DNA from: the human T2T-CHM13v2.0 reference genome, Homo sapiens
Strand: one strand, 5' to 3'
Assembly: GCF_009914755.1 (NCBI RefSeq)
Contig: NC_060936.1
Length of the DNA: 64,000 nucleotides
Shown here: positions 53,521 to 64,000 of the stretch, one piece after another
Numbering within the stretch: the first letter of the stretch is position 1
Layout: every line of letters starts with the position of its first letter
Position numbers and translations under genes: made by a program
Notes under the pieces: model-generated
Seen by the model: only the letters and a program-made list of their open reading frames with translations
Database searches by the model: none
Told to the model about the DNA's origin: nothing

Positions 53521-55074
53521 TTTTATCTTCCCATCTTCCACCCATTATTTGACACAGAGCAATGTTTACAATGTGCACCACTACTTTCAAATATTGTCTA
53601 GTAAAAATTGACATATTTCTTTAAAAATGCCCTAAATTGGATTAGAAATAACTTGCTTAGCAATGAAAAAAATGAGAGTAACCTAAATCTTTAACCTGTG
53701 TGTAGCTATTTTGTTCAACAAATTGAACTTACTATAGAACATAGATAAAATTTTACCTCCTAGAAAGAAATACGTTGTGTTTCCTTTTGATCGGAAAACA
53801 CTTGAAATCATTGTTTTTGAAATAATTGCAGAATAATTGCTTCAACTTTAGCCTCTCTTCAGTGAAGCATATGAGGATGGGATAAAATAGGCCTAGACTG
53901 TATATGTGATTTTAATATGTGCTGTTGGTCTGGATGGTATGGACTTAATAAGCAGATTTTGTTCTGGGCAACTATAGCCTGTTTCTCTTCTTTTACCCTT
54001 AAATAATTGTACATCCTTAGCTTTCTAAACTTAGATTGGCATTAATCGTAAACCTTAGTAGTCTCTGTCCATGAGTTTACAACCATAAAATATTTTTCTT
54101 TGTATAATGCTAATTTTGATTTTCTCAACTTTCCTGTAGTTGCTCCTAAGTAGCTTCTAGCAGTCTATGGCTAGTTTTAGTTGAAACCACAATTTCTTAA
54201 CACCCTGTTTACAATGCACACAGATAAGCTTCTGGCAATTTACCTAGCTCTCATCCTCCAAAAACTCGAAAGATAAATTTTGTTCAACATATCATTACTT
54301 TAAAATTTATTTTGAGATGCAAATAAAATGACTAAATTTATGGTGAAAAAGTTTTTTTGTGACTTCAAAAGAAGCATATGATGGGAAACTATTATCTGAT
54401 TTATATACAACTATTACTTCTTTCATATTTTTACATTTAAAAGTCTGCCATTATTAGCAGTTAGGGAAATTATTTTGTGATGTATGTATATCTGTATATG
54501 ACTTAACACTGGATCAAGTTTAAATTGGAAACATAAAAAATAATGAACATTTCTGCATCCATGGCTTTTGTTTTCATCATTAGATATAATGCACAAAGTG
54601 TGGGAAGATTTTTGCCAGTGGAGGCAAAAACTAAGCACAGCTAAAGAAACACCTAAATTCCATATTGCCAATGGCAATTGACATCTTTCATCACTCTTTT
54701 CTACATTCCTCTTTACAGCTAAGGTTCTGGATGAAATCTAGGTTTTGCCAGGGACAGGTACTCATGGAATATTTGGTAAACAGAAAGAAGGTTTCAGGGA
54801 GTAGAGGTGGATTACCAAGAATGATTAAGGAAGGTTTATTTACGATTATGACATTTTATACACAGACATTAACAAAACCTAAGATAAGAGCAGTGAATCC
54901 ACAAAGAACAGAAAATACAAATTTTCTGAGGTTTTCCAAGGTTATCCTGAGACAGAAAAAAAGGACAGAATGATTAGAGCATAATGAATGGTCATTTGAG
55001 GAGTGTATTGAGATAAGGTTGGAGGAATGGTAAGTGGTCAGATCATGCGAAGTCATTGTGGTATAAAACGTAAA

Positions 55075-55510
55075 TTGGCTCATTCAACACCTACTTCAAC
55101 CTTCTCTAATTTTATTTTCTGTATAATAATGCTAGTGAAAATAAAAATTTCTCAGACTCTTTTTCAACTGGGTTGCTATATGTGACATAAGTTCTACCAA
55201 GTAGGTGTGAGTCAGAAATGAGTGACTTGAGGTGGCACCACACACTAGAAGAATGTATCTTCCGGCACATAGAACAGTAGGAGGCATTTGTTTGCTTGGG
55301 GCTACTTTAACAGCATTTTTTGCATCCGTTCTCTACTGACTGAATCCTGTGGCATAGCAGGGCATTTTCCCTGGCTCATTTTCCCTGGTTCTGGTTGCAC
55401 AATATTCAGGGCTAGGTCCTTGACTCTTCTGTATTGTATATTGGAATGATTCTTTTTATTCAACCACCTAAAGTGGATTATGTTGTCTAAAAAAAAACCA
55501 AATACATGAT
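55075..55510 (+). mobile_element. Old ERVL LTR (LTR33-like)
   Basis: TTTCTCAGACTCTTTTTCAACTGGGTTGCTATATGTGACATAAGTTCTACCAA. Confidence 0.4.
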
Positions 55511-55589
55511 ACTACTTCTGGAGTTGTGCAGTAAGCAGCTCAACAAGCCCTCTACCGAAAAAGCATTGAAAAAAGAAGGAAAAAGAAAA

Positions 55590-55950
55590 GGCAAAAATTG
55601 ACAAAACAGGAATGAAAGAGGGATCATCGCTACTGACCCTGCAGAAATGAAAAGAATTATAAGGAAATACTATAAACAACTTTATTTTAGTAGACAACTT
55701 CAATGAAATGAGTAAATTCCTAGAAAAACACAATGATCAAAACTGACTCAAGAAGAAAGTGAAAATGAGTAGATCCATAACAAAAAAGATATTAAATAAG
55801 TAATTAAAAATCTCCCCACAAAGAAAATCTAGGCCTACATACCTTTGTTGGTGAATTCTGTCAGATATTTGCAGAAGATATATCAAACCTTCACAAACTC
55901 TTCCTGAAAATGCTGGAGAAAGGATTATTTTTCAGTTCATTTGATGAGGG
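55590..55950 (+). mobile_element. L1M ORF2 fragment
   Basis: CAGGAATGAAAGAGGGATCATCGCTAC..GAAATGAGTAAATTCCTAGAAAAACACA..GGTGAATTCT. Confidence 0.8.
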
Positions 55951-56323
55951 AAGTTTTTACCGAAACTGCAACGAAATCTGAAAAAATAGTTGATTCAAAT
56001 AATTTCTCTTTGAGTATGTCCTTAGGGAGTCCCTAAGTTGGTGATAATGGGGGCATTAGAGATGGGGTGTTCTGATGACTATTTTTCTCATTGTCTTACT
56101 TCTCCTTTGATTGTTATTATTCTATGGTTCACAATATACAATAGCTGACTGGGTCTCTGTGTGAAGTGTTCTTCATGTCTTCTGAACCATCAAACTTCAT
56201 GATACCCAACAGATTATTTGAACTCCTCTAGATCCATCACACTCCACTGCTGTTTCTCTCTCTTTCCCTCCCTCCCTCTCTTCCTCCCTGAAGTTCCTTT
56301 AAATTCATTTTATTTTGTATATA

Positions 56324-56680
56324 TCTAGTTGCTTTAGAAAAGATTCCCACAGCAGCATTATGAAGTCTTTGTACACGGGCCTTCTTTCCAAAGTGCTGAC
56401 TGACCTTTCTGCTTTTGCTGACGTTGTCAGTCAGGATTCCTTGACCACATTTATCTCGGGGGGCCAAGTGATTTTCTTCCCAGCCAGCTTGGATTCCTTT
56501 CACTGCATATCTCAGTCAATGGATCTGTACATGACAGAAAGCAATGCTATGACCACAGCCTGTTTTTTTACACTACTTTTAGGGCCTAAGTGCATTAAGC
56601 AATGTGGAAGGGCATTTGTTTCTCCCAGTTCATTCCTGACAGTTGGACATCTCTTGAGGCAGCACCTCAACGATCTCTAG
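56324..56680 (+). mobile_element. Possible ancient L2/CR1-clade LINE reverse-transcriptase fossil
   Basis: Ordered motif look-alikes CFRK, VLTDLSAFADVV, QWI, DRKQC, LLGP, LNDL; spacing imperfect. Confidence 0.35.
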
Positions 56681-57221
56681 AGGGCAGTGTTGCTTAATTC
56701 CAAATGCCGAACTGATCATCGTGGGTCTCTGAATGCAAAACACTGGTGCAATAATTAAAATACAATTTCTCAGAAGTTTCCTTGGAAATGGAAATGACAC
56801 AATGTTTTAAATGTGTGCTTGAAAACATTTTTATGAAAAAAATCTTTTAAACATAAATAAGGATAAATAAAACTAATGAGGTTAGTTTTCTCTCTTGCCA
56901 ATTTGGTTACATCATCTCTCAGGCTCTCCTCACAAAATCAAGCTCTCTCCCAATGATTCCCACAGACCCTCACTCTCCTCCTCCCCTGTCAGGGTAACAG
57001 GCATTTATCCTTCATGTTTCATAACTCTGTGAGGGAGCCTCAAGACCTCTTCTCTGACTGTCCTTCATCTACCCCAACTAATGATGAATAAATTCTCATG
57101 GAAAACCAGGGACATTAAAGTGAAAGCAGTGCTCCTGGGAATGAGAAAAAGGGAAAAAAGAGGACATTTTAATAAATTTTTGATTATGCTCTTATACATT
57201 TCAGGAAATGAATTGGAAACA

Positions 57222-57258
57222 CTTGAGACTAATGCTTGAGACTAATGCTTGAGACTAA
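57222..57258. repeat. 13-bp tandem repeat CTTGAGACTAATG x ~3
   Basis: Units at 57222, 57235 and 57248. Confidence 0.9.
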
Positions 57259-58267
57259 GGTCAAAAATAGATGAGCTTATTGTGTCCTTCTGGGGCCACA
57301 AAAGCCAATCAACTCATTAGCTAAAAAATGTTTTATGTGGTTTCTAAATATAAATATAAAGAAGGCTTTTGTGTACTTTGGAAAGTACTCTTGAACAGGA
57401 AAAATTCTTGAGTGTAAAAGAAATCTATTTTCATTCTTGTTAATATTTGTTATTTTAAAATATTATCATAGTTGTACCTTATGATGCAATAAAATCATAT
57501 TCTAATTCTAGAACCTACAATAGTGAATTGTACTGTTCTTTACACATATCAGTTCTTTTAATAAATATTTGTTCAACTGAGTTGACCAAGATTTCATTGC
57601 TCAATAAATGTAATTATTGCATAAAATTTGGATTTACTTCAAAAAAAGAAACAATTGCTTGTATCATTATTTGAATGAAGCAAGCATGAGCTCTGAAAAA
57701 CAAATGTCTGTAAGTCCAAATATCAGGATCAAATTCACTAAGTAATTGCTCAAGTTGCCAATTTGCCCAAAAAATCATTGAGAAACACTTTAAATTGGCA
57801 AGTCCTTCAAAATGGCTTTATATCAACAAGTCATTTTTTCTTTTTCTGGAGAAAATATCTGTCTAAAATAAATCTTATATATACTGTGAGAAAACTGCCG
57901 AAACTGGAACTAATTTTTATGTCTCTTTATAAAGTTAGCATAAACATACCTCACATTTAAGAAAACAAAACTTGTCGTGTATATTTTCTTCATAAACTTT
58001 TAGAAGTTCCAGTGTTTTTGAAGATTAAACAATGTTTTAATATGACAAAATCAGATGATTCTCTTCTTTTATTTCTGGTTTAATTCACCAACGTTTTTAG
58101 GCTTACTCTTTATTTTCACCTAAATGAACTACATATGCTACATATTATAATTTTTCATATGTGAAACTTACAATGATGTGTTTCACAACTGAAGAACAAG
58201 TCATATTAACCCAATTGGGGGCTGGGAATTTATATATTTATTCATATATCCATTGTTTGAGCCCAGA

Positions 58268-58727
58268 TGTCTAAGTAAAATAAAAATAGACAAATGAATC
58301 TCTAAGCAAAACTTTTTATCTGGCAATATATAAAAAAGAGAATTGCAATTTTGGGCATACATACTGACCAGGGTGGTCTTTGGTATGCATGAAGAAGAAA
58401 GAGAAAATTAGACATTTTATTAGAAAGAAAAATGTTATGTATTGTTTTGAAATAAAACTCATCACCATCAATGTTTACAGGAGCTGGCAAGCTCTGACTG
58501 ATAAGTGACAGTGGTACGTAAAACTAGTCTTAGAATTACTGTGGTTCATTTCTGCAGCTACTAGGTAAAACTACTCTTAAAGTTATAGCAGGTCATTTTG
58601 GCAGCTGGCTTGTGAGATAACTCCTGGGCAGGTGCTTTGTGCCCAACTATTTTTTTTTCCTGCTCTCTCAATACTAATTTAGTTGTGTATGACAAGACAA
58701 CTCCAATTCATATAATCAATTTTTACA
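58268..58727 (-). mobile_element. ERV1 solo LTR (MER67-like)
   Basis: GGAGCTGGCAAGCTCTGA..TAAAACTAGTCTTAGA..CTAGGTAAAACT..TATGACAAGA..TATAATCAATTTTTACA. Confidence 0.7.
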
Positions 58728-59042
58728 CACATTTATTAAACAAATCTTATATGTGGGTTATTGTTTTAGCAACCAAGTACATAGTGATGAAAAATAAAAA
58801 TTGCATACATAGAATTTTAAAACAAGATAACAATTGCTTTCCATTTTACTTTTACCTATAGAAGGCATTCAAGGGTTTCAGAAGGCAGAGAAATCACTTC
58901 CACTTTAAGACATTTTAAAAAATTTCCAAAGAAATGTTGAATTTGAGATAGGATTTACAAGAGTGGTAGGATTCTTTAGTTAACAACAGAAAAAGAGTAT
59001 GTTGGTTGGGGTGACTAGAAGAAACTAAAGTGGAAATGGAAC

Positions 59043-59220
59043 ATAATAGTGATAAGAGCTTATTTGTTTAGTGCTTGCTATATGTCAGGTCGTTTATATA
59101 CATTATGTCAAGAAATTCTTAAAATAATCTGAAATCCCCACTCTGTAAATGGGGAAAATCAAGCTCAGAGATACCAAGTAAATTACTGAAGGTCACACAG
59201 CTCTTAGGTAGCACAGGCTG
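59043..59220 (-). mobile_element. MIR
   Basis: GTGCTTGCTATATGTCAGG..GGGGAAAATCAAGCTCAGAGA..AAGGTCACACAGCT. Confidence 0.75.
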
Positions 59221-61004
59221 CATTTATTCCTCACTCACATAGATCTGTTGTTACTGGATTGGCATTCATACTGAAGAGGGCTAGAATTTAAGACTAGAAA
59301 ACTACTCTAGGGAAACCTGTAGGTGAATAACTACATCTGTCAGTAGCTAAGCAATTTCTTGTTTCAATGACAGACATGATATTTACAGTGAAACTGACCT
59401 TTTTTTGTATGTAAGAGATTCAGCACAGGATTTCACTTCCTATGGCAGGATATGAAATTGACTCATGAGATCTGACCTTCTTAGTACTTTCAAGGTAAGA
59501 CAGAGAAAAAAAAAAGAATCCCTAAAATTGACAAGTATGTTACAACCAGTTTCTAAATGTGAACACTGGGAGAAAGATAGTTGAAACACAAAGTTTAGAT
59601 AAATTTTGTATTACACCGGACTGAATGCCTACCTTAGTTTTAGTTCAACATTTTCTAATACTAGATTTTCTTGGGAATAAATGAGGTGACAATTGCATCA
59701 AGATAAAGTAGCATGTCATGAAAATTATGCATAGAATATCTCTATGAAGTCAGATTTTTCCATCACTCAAATTAGATCTGTATTAGACATATGAAGACTT
59801 CTTCCCATAAAGTACCTTGCGTTAAGTAAGCTTGACTATATTTGGATCAGCTTTAGTTCATTTAGAATAAGCGCTCACATGCAAAAGTCTGGATTTAATA
59901 CTGTAGTAATTAAGATGGCCTAAAAATATAGAGACATCTAATTTAAAAAAAAAAAACTTTACCTCTGGTTGAGAAGTAAAGCAGCAAATAAAATTTACTG
60001 CTTTACTCTGACTCATTTCTTCTATACCTGTTTCCATTCATCTCACATGTAAACACATACAGACACACACACACACTATACTGCTGAGTAATCTTTATGT
60101 GCTATTAGGAAGATGCATGCTGAAATTAATTACTGTGTCAGCTAACGACAGCACAAATGAAGATTCTCAGGTGTTATTTTGCTATCACACACATGAAATT
60201 CGTATTGTGGTGTCTTTGTCTCCTTTTTTGGATACTGTGATTAAAATTCCATCTATAGTGAGAGACTTCTTTGCAATATTAGAAAATAATATTTACTCTG
60301 TTGGAGATAAATGGTAAATGAACATTTTTGAATCTTGCCTGATTTGCACATACTCAGCTAAGGAAAATAATAGTCAAAAATTACAAGTGAAATACAAGAA
60401 GTTCAGCAAAGCTATCTTTGAATTCATGGTTTGCTGAAAAAATTTATTTCCTTACTTCTTTTAATTTAACAAGAAATCTTTCAGTAGAACTCATTTTAAA
60501 GAAAATAGTTATGTAATAGAAAAGCTAAGACGCAATATCAAAAGACAAATTTTTACTCTAATTTGGGTAATATTTTCTTAAACAAAATGATGCTATTAAA
60601 TATAATTTAACAATTCCTGTATAACGAAAATTAAAACTAAAATTTTACCAACTATAGTTATAATAGCTTAAAGAACAGAGATATTTTTCTTGGATATGCA
60701 TATATTTTATATTGAATGACTCAGAAATTATGCCTGTACCTGAGATCCTATCAATGTAATGAAGATGCTCCCTTTAGAGTAATGGCTTTCTGGTATAATT
60801 CTCTTACTTGACATTTAAGTAGCACAGGTTTTGTTGAATAAACCAGGTGGACTTGAGTGGTCAAAGAAAAGCAAAGGCATGCTTTGTGTTTTGAGGAGAT
60901 ATATAATTTCTGTTTTACAATCTAATTCTGTGCTTTTCAGCTTTTTGTGAGTGTACACCAGTCTGGGATTTGAGTTAATAAATTAATACAAGCTAACAAA
61001 TTAG

Positions 61005-61370
61005 CTTCCTGCTATTTCATGAATGCTGGTAGAAGACATGAGACTCCAAGGCCAAAGGCAAAGAACTTTAAGAACATCAACAAATGTTTCCATTCCCCTA
61101 GTCCCCATGTTCTCCAGAAGTGATGCAGAGGCCTCTGCACGTGCCTCCCTGTGGCTAGAATGAAGGTAGCTGAACTAGAATTATGTCTGAATCTTCTAGC
61201 TTTCCTTTTGGCCAGGCTGCCACCCAGAGGCTGTACCAATCAGGCCTGCCTGAGGTCACTGATAAGAAAAAGAGACACATCATGCCCAGGAATTGTTAGG
61301 TCAGAATCCTGTGTTTTCAAAATAGTTTTATAAATTGCTCCTCCCCTTTTATCTGATTATTGTCCAGGAG
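61005..61370 (-). mobile_element. Old ERVL LTR (MER74/MER73-like); the following ~0.8 kb may be ERVL internal sequence
   Basis: ATGCTGGTAGAAGACATGAGACTCC..CAAAGAACTTTA..TTCCCCTAGTCCCCA. Confidence 0.5.
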
Positions 61371-62279
61371 GCAGACGAAAGGAGATGAACTCATTTTAGC
61401 CACATTCAGTGACCAAACTGTTATACTAAAGGGTATGGGCCAGGAAGAAATAAGAGAGTTCTAGTCAGAAATAAATTTTAGATGATTTTTGAAAAATCAA
61501 TTCCACCTGTCGATGCCAGCACCTGAGGACAGTAAGGGTTATGAAAGTCTACTAGAAAATGGTGGGGACAGCAAGTCTTGCAGTGTGCCCTCCCACTGAA
61601 GTCAAACAGGCCAACTTCTGGTAAGAGTCACAAGTTTGGCAATGAAGTGGTGACTTTTGCACAGAAGCATATAGTACTTTGTGCCCAATCTACAAAAGTG
61701 GATGTGTTGCCATGTCCAGTATGCTGATGAATTTCAGTGGTGAGGGTGACCCTCTAAGCAGTTAGGCTTGATCAGCAGCTTGATTCTAGTTGGTCTCAGA
61801 CAGTGAGCCCTTACCATAGACATCTGAATGAGTGACTCAGTCTGTCAGATTGCCAGGTGATACTGGTTTCTGGAATTCATCTCCAAAGAGGGGTGTCTTT
61901 AATCTGCCAATCTGTAGTCTTCCAAGTGGCAGGCCAGACACGTGGGACATTGGTCAAAAAGGTTCATCAAGGGAAGTATTGCCCAGAGCCAGACCACATA
62001 CTTGTTTGTTTTTAAATAGCTGGCACTACTCATCAGTAGTGGCTCAATGAATGCTATAAAATTTACATTTAGCTGAGCCATCAGTAAATTAGGCTTAGAA
62101 ATTTAAGAGAATACCTCTGAATCGAGGACTCCAATAAGCTAGCTGTGTTTCTTCATTAAGGCAATGGAAATACTGTTTCTTCCAAAAGTGTAGCTGTCTC
62201 CTTTTGATATGAAGTGAAAATACTGCTGGTGTGACTATGTCATTTCATTTGGCTTAATGATGCCTGCTATGTTCTAGTT

Positions 62280-62785
62280 AATGAACTTAGACATCTTGCT
62301 ACATGTTTATTGGCTGTGTTTATATTTTTCTATGAATTGTCTGTTTCCATTATTTGCCCACTTTTCTATTCAGCTGTTTCATACCTGCACTGCTTTGTTG
62401 AAAATCTTTTTATATTATGTTTTCCAGCTTTTTGTTGCTTGTCATTTATGGCATCTTTCATGACAGGAAGTTCATAATTTCTATGTAGTCAAGTTTATCA
62501 TTATACCCATATCCGGTCTGGGTTTGGTGCATTACCTCAAAACTATTCTTCTTACTCCAATATTATTATTTCTGCATGTATTCTTGTAAATATTGTAATG
62601 TTTGAATCTTTAATCCATCTAGGATTTTTATATATGAAGATTAATAATTAAAATTGTTTTCTTCTATGAATAAAGTCAATATCCAAATAGCATTTATTTT
62701 ATTATTCTTTCATCTCTCTCTGATTTAAAATGCCACTTTTTATATAAAAACTTAAAATATACTGAGATATATATTTTGGACTGTT
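62280..62785 (-). mobile_element. Old L1M fragment
   Basis: ATGTTTATTGGC..TGAATTGTCTGTT..TTTGCCCACTTTTCTATT..TTTAATCCATCT. Confidence 0.65.
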
Positions 62786-63619
62786 CACCTAAGTCTAAAA
62801 AATTAATATAATGTGTTGACAGAACAGGAAAATAATTATGTGATGTTGTTTTGGAATAAATAGTAATTTTTGAAGATACTGCCTTGTAGTTTATAATGTC
62901 ATTGCATTTCTCAGATCATGTTTAGATGTGCCTTTTAAACTTTTTCTTTATAATGTTACAGAATGATTATTAATAGAGTTTATATTAGAAAGAGATAGAA
63001 TGAAATTTAGTTTTCATAAGAAACCATTCAACAGTCAACATATATTTGATCTTAAAGCATCCAAATAACTTGGATCATCTTGTCGGTAAGGCAAACTGTT
63101 GCTTTATTCTATATTCACACTTACTGTATTGTCAGAAAACTCATGATGTAAGTGAGGTTAAAGATGATGAAGGACCCACATCTTCTTTATGGCAATTTTA
63201 TTTACCTTTATGTCAAGACCAAAAGCTACTAAAGCTATATAATTGACTCCTCAGTGTTAAATGAGGGAAATCTTGAATACTTCCTTTATTTAGTTACGGG
63301 CTAGAGAGGTTTCATTATCCACAAAGAGGTAACCTCTCTAACTACCAAATCATCTCATATGAAGCCCCTAAAATAAATCTTATGTTAATAACATTTTGAT
63401 ATTGGGGTCTGTTTCAAGCTTAATTACTGCTGTTTGGTTCTTGAGTTTAGCCTTCAGCCATATGTATTGAATGTAGTCATTCACGATTCAACATTGGATA
63501 CATTAACCACTCTAAAAAGATGGATCCTTGATTTATTTTCTTTTCAGGTAAACAGGGAATGCATACCCAGCACTCTTTGCCTAATTACCTCATTTGATTT
63601 TCACTACCTTCCAGCAAGT

Positions 63620-63770
63620 TAGATTTTATTATGTTCACTTCACTGATGAGAAAGCCATATTCAAAGAGATTAAGTGTTCCACTCAATGCCATAAACGAAT
63701 AGAGAAGAAATATGAAACTTGAAATCATATCTGTAAGATTCCAAAGTTCATGATCTCTCTGCTATACTGT
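63620..63770 (-). mobile_element. MIR
   Basis: CACTGATGAGAAAGC..AGAGATTAAGTG..GATTCCAAAGTTCATGATCT. Confidence 0.6.
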
Positions 63771-63844
63771 CATTCAAATTAATTTTAAGGGGCTAGCTGA
63801 AAAATGTAAATTGATAGCCCTAAGCAATAACTCTGCTGATTGAG

Positions 63845-63985
63845 TGAATGGTGGTGTAATGCTTATAGACCCAGGAGGCAAACATTCTGGTTACCAATAC
63901 TTGGCATTTGTATGACTTTAGGTCTCTGAGTCTGACATTATTAACCTGTAAAATGGAAGAAAAGACATGCTTTACCTCTTACATT
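63845..63985 (+). mobile_element. MIR
   Basis: TGTATGACTTTAGG..CTCTGAGTCT..CTGTAAAATGG..TTTACCTC. Confidence 0.55.
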
Positions 63986-64000
63986 AAATTATATAATTAA

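Noticed and set aside
59380-59500. Possible exon (TTTACAG ... CAAG|GTAAGA)
   Set aside because: Splice-like motifs occur frequently by chance; there is no coding signal or partner exon, so transcript data would be needed.
63302-63340. 10-bp inverted repeat TAGAGAGGTT/AACCTCTCTA with a 19-nt spacer
   Set aside because: Short arms with a long spacer are expected by chance in 64 kb.

Overview
Primate (human-like) AT-rich non-coding genomic DNA made up mostly of interspersed repeats. I see no credible host protein-coding exon, rRNA, tRNA or CRISPR array, and the long ORFs are decayed LINE-1 ORF1/ORF2 pieces, Alu/LTR read-throughs or microsatellite artefacts. Main content: a 5'-truncated minus-strand L1PA (1-3872) with a nested Alu; a second minus L1PA (7274-8934); a full-length but dead plus-strand L1PA (42924-49383); two HERV-E-family solo LTRs; several other LTRs (ERV1, MLT2, THE1, MST, MLT1, MER67-like); DNA transposon fossils (MADE1, MER82, MER2, Tigger3, MER5, MER103); eight Alus; L2/MIR relics; and a 3'-truncated U6 snRNA retrocopy. 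I found no convincing new multi-gene system. The most interesting signals are mechanistic scars: a tailless L1 3'-end fragment inserted cleanly inside an L1 ORF2, several snap-back hairpins and templated insertions, a probable short L1 3' transduction, a perfect 95-bp tandem duplication, a dispersed ~155-bp duplication with a 3x42-bp array, and a possible very ancient L2/CR1-type RT fossil. Subfamily names come from recalled consensus sequences and need RepeatMasker/Dfam confirmation.
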